Origin: Bdellovibrionota bacterium
GTDB taxonomy: Bacteria; Bdellovibrionota_C; UBA2361; JBGSMV01
Assembly: GCA_041739995.1 (NCBI GenBank)
Contig: JBGSMV010000077.1
Coordinates: forward strand, 1 to 40,490
DNA: 40,490 nt
Direction of reading: 5' to 3'
The notes under the pieces were generated by a model that saw only the letters and a list, made by a program, of their open reading frames with translations, did no database searches and had not been told where the DNA came from. Below, piece by piece: positions 8,494 through 17,745 of the stretch. Both the position numbers and the translations under genes were made by a program. Positions within the stretch are counted from its first letter, which is position 1. Each line of letters starts with the position of its first letter.

Positions 8494-10173
8494 CTAGGGA
8501 ACGATCGGCGCCGGGAACTTTAATGCAAGCTTCAAGTTCTCAAAAAAGTAATGCTTGTTGTAAATCTTGCGTTCAATTACCTCGATAGTTTCAAGGTTCT
8601 TCTCCATCCAAGGCGCTCCAATTCCACGCGTAAGAGCGTCACGATACATGCCAGGGGCGTGCACCTTGTTTGCCCTTTGGACCTTCTCAATGTCCTTCGC
8701 TAGGGGGAGCAGTCCCCACTTGTGTGCAGGTCGATTTGCCTTCATGACGGTGCGTCCGAGAATCGGTTCAGTAAGACCGAGGCTATGAATAAAGCGCTTA
8801 TCAATATCGCGGTAGGCTCGAATGCAGCGGTAATAGCTCTTGATGCCTTTGTATACGAAAGGTTTCTTACGACCCAATTTTCGGAGCCTGTCTAGCGGAA
8901 GCTCGCGAGTCCAGGTCACAAAAGTGAGATCTAGCTTGCGACGATGCGCTGACGCGTCATTGATCTTATGAACGGTGCGGTGCTTCTCAGAGTACGTAAA
9001 AGGGTGTCGATTGAGCTGGGGCGGATAGGCAAGGAATGAAGAGCCAGCAAGGAGTAAGACCAACACAGGCGCTGCGACACGATATTTTCCTAATCGGCTA
9101 CGCGGCAACCACAGCTCTCCAATGCCGGAACATGCACCTACCAGCAAGCAGAGCGGGAATGCCAAGTAGCGATAGTGACGTGGATCTCCACCAATCTTAA
9201 TCACATAGGCGATGATGAGCGCGGCACAGAAAACAAGCACGCCTCGTTCAGCAAGGCGAAGTTGCTGAGCTGAGAAAATGTTACCCGCAGCGTCTTTTGT
9301 ACGAAGGACCAGAGCTCCTACGCCGGCAAGCGGCAGAAGGAAGTACATCCAATAGGTAGAGAACGTTTCATGCACATAATAGAGACCCTGCTCTATGTCC
9401 ATTAGGTCTTTTAGGTAGAAGGTGTTCGGCAACAAATCAGCGTAATAGTAGACACGGAACACTGCGAGCGCGCCAAGAAGTGCCCCGGTGATCAGTGTCA
9501 TGACGAGTGGAAATTGCTTGGTCCTCCACCAGCCCCACAGCATTACCACGCCAAGTGGCAGCACCAATTCATGTCTCAGAACCGGCGCGAAGCAAAGCAG
9601 TACCTGCAAGCAGCGAGACTGCGGCGAAAGAACGAAAAGGCAGAACAACAGGGCGTAAACCTGGACGAGAGGGGTTTCTAAGCCAGAGGTGAAGTAGCAA
9701 AGCACTCCGTAGTTGGTGCAGAGCAGAGCCAGAGGTAGATTCAAATAGGCGGGCTTGGAGACCGAGGTGGAGGCGTCTTTTGCTGAGCAAGCGGAAGCGA
9801 AAATACGGCGCTGTAAGAGCAGTCCGGCAAACCAGAACGCGATGAAACAAAGCGCGCCAAGCAGCTTGGTGATTGCCCACCAGTTAAGATTAAAAAGCCG
9901 CAAGCCGCTTAGTATCAGCAACCAAAGAATGCTGCTGTATCCTTCGCTGTACTCTCCTTGGTTATAAACCAATCCGATTTTTAGAAAGATCCAGTTGTCG
10001 ATGTATCGGAAGTAGACAAAGGCATCGTCGACAAGCCATTCATACTGGAAGACTAAAAACAGACCAATCAGCAGATACGCATACTCGTAACTGCTGGGCG
10101 ATACGCGGCAGGTGGACTTGGGGCAGCACACTGCGGCACTCGGAGTTTCATTATTTGGAGAGGTCGTGGTCAT
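8494..10173 (-). CDS. Polytopic membrane protein, GT-C-like glycosyltransferase (AftB-like N-terminus)
   Basis: DDAFVYFRY..N...GLVYNQGEYSEGYSS, SGLET, LPNTFYLK and GGD..HYRY motifs; many hydrophobic helices. Confidence 0.7.
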   Translation of the reverse strand: MTTTSPNNETPSAAVCCPKSTCRVSPSSYEYAYLLIGLFLVFQYEWLVDDAFVYFRYIDNWIFLKIGLVYNQGEYSEGYSSILWLLILSGLRLFNLNWWAITKLLGALCFIAFWFAGLLLQRRIFASACSAKDASTSVSKPAYLNLPLALLCTNYGVLCYFTSGLETPLVQVYALLFCLFVLSPQSRCLQVLLCFAPVLRHELVLPLGVVMLWGWWRTKQFPLVMTLITGALLGALAVFRVYYYADLLPNTFYLKDLMDIEQGLYYVHETFSTYWMYFLLPLAGVGALVLRTKDAAGNIFSAQQLRLAERGVLVFCAALIIAYVIKIGGDPRHYRYLAFPLCLLVGACSGIGELWLPRSRLGKYRVAAPVLVLLLAGSSFLAYPPQLNRHPFTYSEKHRTVHKINDASAHRRKLDLTFVTWTRELPLDRLRKLGRKKPFVYKGIKSYYRCIRAYRDIDKRFIHSLGLTEPILGRTVMKANRPAHKWGLLPLAKDIEKVQRANKVHAPGMYRDALTRGIGAPWMEKNLETIEVIERKIYNKHYFFENLKLALKFPAPIVP

Positions 10174-10556
10174 AGAAATATATAGTGAGCATCCGCTGTA
10201 GGACGCGATAATTCTTAGCGGTCAAAGCCTTTTGAGACGCGTCATAGTCGAGTATCATGTAAATCTTATAGGGGTCGAGGGGGGCTCTTTCAGGACAAGG
10301 CAGTTCTACTGAGAGCTAAGGGTCTACTGAAAACTAGGCGCCTTGCCTGGCCCCAGTCGCTTGTCTTCACGGACGCAGCCTGCTAGGACCCCCTTAGGAG
10401 CGTTCTGACGCCGCCTGTAGACTTATTCCCGTCCTCTCAGGATCGTGGTTTCTTACCACCAATCCAGGTTTGGCTTTAGAGTTGGGCTTATTGGGTCGGG
10501 GCGACGAATCTATTGCTGTATTGCTGTACAGCAATTGCCGTAGAGAAGAAGAGGAG

Positions 10557-11975
10557 ATGTTTTTGATGTTATCGCAATTGAGTTCCTTTCAGGTCAGTTC
10601 TTCTCGCGTCGGCGCTCTGTTGTTGGCGAAAGTGTCGTTGGCGAGAATGTCGTTGGCAAAAATTTTAATGCTCGCGCTGCTTCTCGGCGTGGCGGCTAAC
10701 GCCCTGGCTGAGAATCCCAACAAGATACCTTCGCGTAGGGCCGCAGCCCTTGTCATGGCTAATCAAGCCTGCGAGGGCGCCGACTGCGTCCCAGAAGTGG
10801 CTGGAAAGCAGAACCGCGGCGATGGACCTCTGGCGCTGGAACGTGCTCGTGAAGATGGACGAAAGAAGCTTCGGAAGAAGTGGAAGGTTGCGTCGAACAC
10901 GTATCCGACTCTGGTGAAGAATGACACGGCAAAGGCTTTGCAGGGCTATGCCGTGGTACCTGTCGAAGGTGGTGGTTGGGTTCATTTGATGGACCCTGAA
11001 GGGAAGATAGTAAAAACCTGGCCATACGACGTTGACCGCGTGCGACTACTGCCGAATTGTCACTTGCTCGTGATCCACGCGTCCGGTTGGGGGCTCAAGC
11101 AGGAGAAATGGTTGGCACGTGCTAACTACGTCACTGAATACGATTGGGATGGGAAAATTGCTTGGGAGTTTCGTTCGCCTGAGCGCACACATCACGATGT
11201 TCATCGGCTTCCAAATGGGAACACGGTCTTTCTCGCTAAGGAGAAGGTCGCCTCTAAAAATTTTGGCGGTTTAGGTCCTAAAGGAGGATTTCCTCAGTTC
11301 TATGAATCAAGTGAAATAATAGAAGTGACCCCGGGCGGAGAAGTGGCCTGGCGCTGGTCAGCCGCCAAGCATTTTGATGCCTCTGATTGTGGGATGCGGA
11401 AGTGTCAGTCTCGCATCGATTTTACCCCTAAGAGCAAACTCTTTGAGTGGACGCACGCTAATACTGCGACGGTGATTCCGCCGAACAAGTGGTTCGATGC
11501 TGGAGATACCAGATTCAAGCCTGGCAATATGATTTTCATGCCACGAAATTTTTGGAAGTTTTCTTTGATTGATCACGAATCAGGAAACATTCTTTGGAGC
11601 TATGGCGGTGAGGATGCGGGCGGCATCGGACCAGCACACGATCCTCACATGATTCCAGCCGGAATGCCGGGTGAGGGTAACATATTGTTCTTCTCCAACT
11701 CATCAAAGGAGCGTGAGGAAATGAGCCAGGTTTGGGAAGTGAACCCGACCACTAGTCAGGTGGTCTGGAAATACGAAGACGGCGAGAACCTATTCTCCTC
11801 TCGTTCCGGGTCGGCTTCGCGCCTTCCGAACGGAAACACCCTCATTTCTATCGACAAGGCCGGACGTGCTATCGAGGTCACCCCGGCCGGCGAGGTGGTG
11901 TGGGAAATCTCCAGCGAGCAAGAGGTTAATCGCGTTTATAAGTACCCGGTCGGATATTGTCGCTTCCTCAAGTAG
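10557..11975 (+). CDS. Aryl-sulfate sulfotransferase (ASST)-like beta-propeller protein
   Basis: HHDVHRLPNGN, WTHAN, AHDPH and SASRLPNGNTLI motifs; repeated G.VVWE blades; signal peptide. Start uncertain (10557 or 10566). Confidence 0.8.
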   Translation: MFLMLSQLSSFQVSSSRVGALLLAKVSLARMSLAKILMLALLLGVAANALAENPNKIPSRRAAALVMANQACEGADCVPEVAGKQNRGDGPLALERAREDGRKKLRKKWKVASNTYPTLVKNDTAKALQGYAVVPVEGGGWVHLMDPEGKIVKTWPYDVDRVRLLPNCHLLVIHASGWGLKQEKWLARANYVTEYDWDGKIAWEFRSPERTHHDVHRLPNGNTVFLAKEKVASKNFGGLGPKGGFPQFYESSEIIEVTPGGEVAWRWSAAKHFDASDCGMRKCQSRIDFTPKSKLFEWTHANTATVIPPNKWFDAGDTRFKPGNMIFMPRNFWKFSLIDHESGNILWSYGGEDAGGIGPAHDPHMIPAGMPGEGNILFFSNSSKEREEMSQVWEVNPTTSQVVWKYEDGENLFSSRSGSASRLPNGNTLISIDKAGRAIEVTPAGEVVWEISSEQEVNRVYKYPVGYCRFLK

Positions 11976-12207
11976 ACGGGTGAGCAGTGCCGACGCTTCT
12001 CTCTTCGCCGTGTTCTCGGTCCTCCGAAAGCACTTCGGAAGCGATTGGTGCATTGACAGAGAGCGTCTTGGCCACCAAAGTAGGGGCGCATAGTTTAAGT
12101 GAATTAAATCAGCGTGCTCTGGGTGTGAAAAGTATCTAATGAGTAGTCTCTCCAGGGGTGGATCTGTGTCTCAATACGTCTGAGGCGTGTAAATATAGTT
12201 TTCCATT

Positions 12208-13836
12208 ATGAAGTGTATTGGAATGAGGAAGTTCTTCGGGTTTTCGCCGCACTCTGTTGCAAGCATGGTTCGAAACTCCTCGGGTGAACCCAGTATTGCG
12301 CGCGTGAGAGGTGCGGTGCGTCTTGGTTTTCTCGTTGCGCTTGCTTTGGGTGCTGCGGCTCTCTGGCATTGGGGTAGGGCGCCATTAGATGCGGTGGCCG
12401 GGCTTGCTACTTCTCCTACTGCGACGAGCTTCGCCGCTCAGGCTGCGAACGAGGAACTGCTAACAGATCCATTGCGCTCGGAACCGGAAGCCCAGCGCTC
12501 AGAATCACAGCGCTCAGAATCACAGCGCCGCAGAGACACGAGGCCAAATTTTCTAATCATAATCACTGACGATCAACGCTATGGCACCGTCGGTGAGTAT
12601 ATGCCGGCGACCCAAGAGCTTATATTCAATCAAGGCATCACCTTCACTAAAGCCTACATTCCGACGCCGATGTGCTGCCCGAGTCGCTCAGCTATTTTGA
12701 CTGGACTCTATGCGCATAATAATGGCGTTTTTCGAAACACTGACCGGCTTAGATACGATACGTTCATGCAGCGCTTGAAGCCGGCGGGATATTTCACAGG
12801 AATAGTTGGAAAGTATTTGAACTCTTGGAATGGTTCAGCGCGCCCTGAATACGATTTTTGGTCAGTATTCACGTTCGGAAGTGCCACCTACTTCGGCCCT
12901 CAAGTGAACACTCAAGGAGTGACGTCCAAGAGGCGGGGCTACATGACTGATGTCCTGAGAGACGATGCTCTGCGTTTTTTGAAAAAGGCAGCGACACAAC
13001 AGGACAAGCCGTTTGTTCTGATATTCGCGCCATTTTCCCCTCATGCCCCCGCTCTTCCTGATACCGGGGATCGTGAAGCATTTAGCGCATTGTCTGATTT
13101 CTCTGCACCTAGTCTTGGATTGGTTGGGCAAAGCTCCAAGCCCGAGTGGTACGGAGTGCGCGCCGCTGATTCACCAGAGCGCCTGGCTGCCTTAATGAAG
13201 TTCCGTCGTAAACAGTTGCAGTCCAACCTTGCGGTGGATAGAGCGGTGGAGCAGTTGATCGGTCGCCTGCGCGACAGCGGTGAGCTTGATAATACGGTAG
13301 TGCTCTTTATCTCGGACAACGGAATCCTGTGGGGTGAGCATGGGTTAACTGGAAAGGCCTGCCCGTACGAGGAAGCCGTGCACGTGCCAATGGCAGTGCG
13401 GTATCCGCCGTTAATCGCTGCAGGACGAGTCCATGACGGGCTTGTAGGCAATATTGATATCGCTCCGACCATTTATGAAATGGCCAACGTGACTCCGCCT
13501 CGAACACTAGATGGCGCCTCTTTGCTACCAGTGTTTTCTGGTGAAGTGGATCGGCTTAGAGACGACATCTTATTAGAGGGTCGAAGCCGCACAGGGAATC
13601 GCAGGCCGTACCGCGCTCTTCATACAGGTTCAATGGTGTATATTGAAAACGATGGAGCTACTTCAGAGTTATATGACCTGACTTCAGATCCCTATCAGCT
13701 CAGCAATTTGATCAACGATCCCGCATACGGCTCGGTGCGTGAGAATTTGGAAGGTCGCTTGCGCGATAACTACGGAAGAAGTGGCTTTGTAAAGTCTCGT
13801 CGCAGTAAGAAGCGCCACAAGCGCTCTGGAGATTAG
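12208..13836 (+). CDS. Formylglycine-dependent sulfatase (N-acetylglucosamine-6-sulfatase-like)
   Basis: PNFLIIITDDQ, CCPSRSAILTG (CxPxR), GKYLN, PHAP, SDNG, K..PYEE and ELYDL..DPYQL.N motifs. Start uncertain. Confidence 0.92.
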   Translation: MKCIGMRKFFGFSPHSVASMVRNSSGEPSIARVRGAVRLGFLVALALGAAALWHWGRAPLDAVAGLATSPTATSFAAQAANEELLTDPLRSEPEAQRSESQRSESQRRRDTRPNFLIIITDDQRYGTVGEYMPATQELIFNQGITFTKAYIPTPMCCPSRSAILTGLYAHNNGVFRNTDRLRYDTFMQRLKPAGYFTGIVGKYLNSWNGSARPEYDFWSVFTFGSATYFGPQVNTQGVTSKRRGYMTDVLRDDALRFLKKAATQQDKPFVLIFAPFSPHAPALPDTGDREAFSALSDFSAPSLGLVGQSSKPEWYGVRAADSPERLAALMKFRRKQLQSNLAVDRAVEQLIGRLRDSGELDNTVVLFISDNGILWGEHGLTGKACPYEEAVHVPMAVRYPPLIAAGRVHDGLVGNIDIAPTIYEMANVTPPRTLDGASLLPVFSGEVDRLRDDILLEGRSRTGNRRPYRALHTGSMVYIENDGATSELYDLTSDPYQLSNLINDPAYGSVRENLEGRLRDNYGRSGFVKSRRSKKRHKRSGD

Positions 13837-14036
13837 GAACGAGAACGCGCTTTCGCGGCATTCGCTCTTCCGCCGTGCGTCTCACCTAATCGAAACTGTC
13901 CGGTACTGGCTCACAAAAAAACCTTTGTATTCTCAGTGGTATCAAGCGACATAGCAACGCTGTGTCGAATTAACGCCTTGTCGAATGGACACGGTGTCGA
14001 GAGCACTCCACGTTCCACATCGTCGCCTCTTGCACC

Positions 14037-14068
14037 GCCCCCCGGGGAAAGAACACACCCGGGGGGGC
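14037..14068. terminator. GC-rich hairpin between convergent genes
   Basis: GCCCCCCGGG-N11-CCCGGGGGGGC directly after the stop of the 14083-14448 gene; no U-tract. Confidence 0.45.
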
Positions 14069-14082
14069 CGAAGGAGAGACGA

Positions 14083-14448
14083 TTAGGCCAGCTGGAGTGA
14101 TGGCTGCTTTCTCCTCTTAGCCGGCGCTTTCTTCCAGCGTGAGAGCTCATCGGCAGTCATCGTCCCCACCCAACCCCAGTCGGAAAAGAGGACGATGGTT
14201 CCCGGTTCAAAGACTCGTCGGCCACGGCTAGCGTGGAGACACACTCGAGTCTTGAAGGTGACCGGAGAGTACTTGACTCCAGGCTGGTAGCCGGCCAGGT
14301 CGATTTCGACCGGTTTGCTGACCTGCATGCCCAGAATCTCCGCCAACCATGGAGTGTCGGTGCACAGCGACCTGAGCTCCGCAATCGACTCGTCCTCGTC
14401 GATCCTGAAGGGATCTGCCACTGTACTGCGAGTACGTTCCGTCTTCAT
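14083..14448 (-). CDS. Hypothetical protein
   Basis: Strong GAGAGGAG RBS upstream of ATG, 121 aa, hairpin downstream. Confidence 0.7.
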   Translation of the reverse strand: MKTERTRSTVADPFRIDEDESIAELRSLCTDTPWLAEILGMQVSKPVEIDLAGYQPGVKYSPVTFKTRVCLHASRGRRVFEPGTIVLFSDWGWVGTMTADELSRWKKAPAKRRKQPSLQLA

Positions 14449-14742
14449 AAAACCTGCGCTCCTCTCTTACTTGAGGGACCGTGAACCTTCAGTGAGCCAG
14501 TCTCACCGAACTCGAAATGGGCCGCCTAAAGCAAAAAGGGCACATTTCGAGGACGTTGAGAGGTGCCTAAAGCGCCACAAAGCGCAGCGCAGGCAGAACC
14601 TCAAAGTGTAACAGCCAGGCAGAGCTAAGGAAGTCCGCTCAAATTTGGAGAGTGAGCAACGAAAAGCTCAATAATTCAACAGGTTGTAGTCTAGAGTGGT
14701 GAATTCAGCAACAATTCAAAGTTGCCCCGCATCTAATCTGTC

Positions 14743-15204
14743 ATGGGAGAAAAGACCGACTCAAAGAGCAAAGATGAGGCAGTGTCAGGGGCAGCGATTG
14801 CGGCTGCCATTATGAAGCGCTTGCCTGCAGATGTGCGTGAGCGTGTGTTGGAGACCATGGAGCAGAGCGCTCCTGAGGTCTGCGCATCGGTCGAATCCTT
14901 CCTCTTTTCAACCTCTAGCCTTGCTCATCTACCAGGAGCGAGTCTTAAAGCCGTTCTGCAAATCGCACCCGCGAGTGATATCGCGCTGTGTGTACATGCA
15001 GCTTCTGGAAGCGAGCGCGAAAAGATTGTTGAAAGTGTTCCCGAGAGCAAGCGCTCAGTTGTGCAAGACGCAGTTGCAAACTGGAGAGGACGCGATGTTA
15101 GCAGCGAGAGCTTGAAAGCAAAGCGTCGCATGCTGGCGCTAGTCTCCGAGCTTAAGCTCAGCGCTGAAAATACGCTGCCTGCCAAGCGCGGGCGCTACGC
15201 CTAA
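14743..15204 (+). CDS. Stand-alone FliG C-terminal-domain-like protein
   Basis: Pattern AAIMKRLP...ERVLE.ME...PE....VESFLF...L..L....LK.VL.......IALCVH.AS...REKI...V follows the helix pattern of FliG-C. Confidence 0.6.
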   Translation: MGEKTDSKSKDEAVSGAAIAAAIMKRLPADVRERVLETMEQSAPEVCASVESFLFSTSSLAHLPGASLKAVLQIAPASDIALCVHAASGSEREKIVESVPESKRSVVQDAVANWRGRDVSSESLKAKRRMLALVSELKLSAENTLPAKRGRYA

Positions 15205-15518
15205 CTACCCCACCTGTTTCTTCTGATCATGGCGTATCCGCTGCACATTTTACCCGTACTTGCATAGCAAATAGGCCCAAACACTAAGAGAGGTGTCGTG
15301 TAGCGGCCTTTGGTGCTGAGAAGATTAGGGAGTGTAGTGCCCTGGCTACGCTTCGTGAACCAGAAAAGGATCCGTCCAGACCCGGTAACATCCCTACATT
15401 CTTAGAATTGAATCGCGTTGAGTGCCTGCCGAATCAGCGTTAGGCTGTGGCGCATGAGGCGGTCTAATGCCACGCCCAGTTCTCAGAAATCCGTGCCTGC
15501 CCCCGCTAAGCGATCATT

Positions 15519-17543
15519 ATGGTAGCGAAAAAAGCCCAAGTTTTGCGCACGTCAGCCGCAGCTTTAGTCGCGCTCTTGCTTGTCGGAGCTCCGCACATTT
15601 GTTTCGCCCAAACTCCGCTAGTGGACAGCGCTGGTTTCCACATTCCAGGAGAGTTCATCATTGTTTCCAGAGCGCAGCCGGAGGTTGGCTCGGGTGTGCA
15701 TGTGCGTAGCGGTGCAGTTGCTTCGGATGCGTTGCTATCACAAATGGCAGAGCGCTCCAGCTTGGGGATAACCTCGCTTAAACGTCTCGACACCAAGGGG
15801 CGCGCGCATTTGCTTCGTATAGAAACAGAAAGCTTGAATGCCTGCGAGGTGATTCTCGCCGAGAATCCGCAAATCGAATCCTGCGAGCCCAATGTTTCAT
15901 TCAAGGCCTTTGAGGTTCCAAATGATCCAGCGCTTCTTTGCACTCCAGGACAGAACTTTTCTACTTGTCAGTGGGCACTCAATTTTTCTGATGGTGTGGA
16001 CATCCGAGCGTTTCCGGCGTGGGACACCACTATGGGAGATTCAAATGCGATAGTGGCGGTGCTCGATACAGGACTTCGGCTCGATCATCCGGATATCGTA
16101 AACCAATTGTGGACCAACCCAAATGAAATTCCCGGTAACGGTATCGACGACGACAATAATGGCTTCATTGATGATGTGCATGGGGCCAACACGCTGAACC
16201 AAACCGGAAATCCTTACGACGACCACGTGGGTACGCATGGCACTCACGTCAGTGGAATTATTGCCGCCGCTTGCGGCAATGCTATTGGCGTATGCGGAGT
16301 GTCTAGTGCGGTAAAAATTCTTCCCGTTAAGTTTCTTAATTCCTTTGGCTTCGGTACGACCGCCACTGCGTTGCAGGCCATAGACTATATGAATGCGCTC
16401 AAACGCGACGCTGGCCAAAACATAATAGTGAGTAATAATTCATGGGGCGGCATGCCGTATTCCTCAGCGATTTTAAGCGCTATTCGAGAGGCCGAGCAGC
16501 TTGGGATAATATTCGTCGCAGCGGCCGGTAATGACGCAGTGAATCTAGATCTATTTCAGAGTTACCCAGCTAGTTATGACGTGTCGACGCTATTCGTCGT
16601 GGCGGCATCCATGACAAGCGGTGCCTTGGCGCCATTTTCAAACTACGGGATAAATGCGACCGACATTGCAGCGCCGGGAGATCAGGTCTTAAGTTTGCGC
16701 GGGAGCGACCAGTACGGCACCAAAAGCGGTACTTCAATGGCAGCACCACATGTCAGCGGCGTGTTGGCTCTGGCCTACGCCGCGAATCCTTCGTTGCCAC
16801 CGTTTCAGTTGCGAAACATTGTCAGAGAAAGTGCGAGTTACGTTTCGGAACTGCAAGGAGTAGTCGGAGGAGCAGGGGTGGTGAATGCTGAAGGAGCGGT
16901 AATCACAGCTCTAGGAGCGACACCTGCACCGACGCCAACCATTACTCCGACCTATACTGCCAGTGCTACGCCTACTATCACTCCGACTCCAACCATTACC
17001 TCTACTCCAACCCGAACGCCTACCACCACAGCTGCGCCGACGGTCATCGCCACTGTGATTCCTGCAGGAGTTGTTCCGAGTCGTGTAGTCGGTGCCCTGA
17101 CCGGACAGATATCACGCAACGGGCGCACGCGATGGAGTCGTAGAAAGGCCACGAGCGGTAAGCGCTTTCGCGCAGAAGTTCTTGCTGTCGGCGCGGATGG
17201 TTCAGCGCTCAGTGCGGATACCGCGGTTAAACTTGAGCTTCGTCTCGGATCTCGACTTTGTTCTAGAATCGACTGGCATGCCGCAGCCAGTTCTCCATCA
17301 AGAGTGCTGCGCGGCAGAATTCCATTGTTTGGCGACGGGAATAGGGCGATTCGGTTGCTTTCTGTCGGGTCTGGAGAGCCTCGTCAGTTGCTGGCGAGGT
17401 TAAGGGTGTTGTCAGTCGCAGCGCCGAGAGGCGGGCAGTCGTCGCACAAAATGACTCGCACTCAGTCTGAATCTCAACTATGTCGGCAACTTGCTAGGCG
17501 GCTACAGGTGTCAGTCGGAGCGTTGTCGCTCATCGATTCCTAA
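15519..17543 (+). CDS. Secreted subtilisin-like S8 serine protease with Pro/Thr linker and basic C-terminal domain
   Basis: Signal peptide; VLDTG, HGTHVSG, AAAGN and GTSMAAPHVSG catalytic motifs; GNGIDDDNNGFIDD loop; PT repeats. Confidence 0.95.
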   Translation: MVAKKAQVLRTSAAALVALLLVGAPHICFAQTPLVDSAGFHIPGEFIIVSRAQPEVGSGVHVRSGAVASDALLSQMAERSSLGITSLKRLDTKGRAHLLRIETESLNACEVILAENPQIESCEPNVSFKAFEVPNDPALLCTPGQNFSTCQWALNFSDGVDIRAFPAWDTTMGDSNAIVAVLDTGLRLDHPDIVNQLWTNPNEIPGNGIDDDNNGFIDDVHGANTLNQTGNPYDDHVGTHGTHVSGIIAAACGNAIGVCGVSSAVKILPVKFLNSFGFGTTATALQAIDYMNALKRDAGQNIIVSNNSWGGMPYSSAILSAIREAEQLGIIFVAAAGNDAVNLDLFQSYPASYDVSTLFVVAASMTSGALAPFSNYGINATDIAAPGDQVLSLRGSDQYGTKSGTSMAAPHVSGVLALAYAANPSLPPFQLRNIVRESASYVSELQGVVGGAGVVNAEGAVITALGATPAPTPTITPTYTASATPTITPTPTITSTPTRTPTTTAAPTVIATVIPAGVVPSRVVGALTGQISRNGRTRWSRRKATSGKRFRAEVLAVGADGSALSADTAVKLELRLGSRLCSRIDWHAAASSPSRVLRGRIPLFGDGNRAIRLLSVGSGEPRQLLARLRVLSVAAPRGGQSSHKMTRTQSESQLCRQLARRLQVSVGALSLIDS

Positions 17544-17640
17544 TAGAACAGCTGTTTTTTTCATTTTCGCGAGGGTTGATTTCAGAATCTCTGAGACGTA
17601 GGTTCTGCCCTGTTCGCCGCAGGAAATGCCAGCGCCTCTG

Positions 17641-17692
17641 CTTAGGGTGGGCTGTACTTAGGGCGGGCTGTACTTAGGGGCTGTGCTCGGGG
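17641..17692. repeat. 16-bp tandem repeat (CTTAGGGYGGGCTGTA), about 3 copies
   Basis: Read directly; the third copy is shortened. Confidence 0.8.
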
Positions 17693-17745
17693 TCGACTGA
17701 AGGGCGCAACTTGCGCCGACAGAAATATCATAGAGGGAGAGTCTC

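Noticed and set aside
10238..10265. dif-like XerCD site (..CATAG TCGAGTA TCATGTAAAT)
   Set aside because: The spacer is 7 rather than 6 bp and the arms match poorly; more likely divergent promoter DNA.
15312..15400. TPP riboswitch or SRP RNA
   Set aside because: GCTGAGA is present, but the rest of the TPP consensus and the SRP helix-8 motif are absent.
16915..17060. Pro/Thr repeat in the S8 protease as a novel element
   Set aside because: An ordinary low-complexity linker of secreted enzymes.
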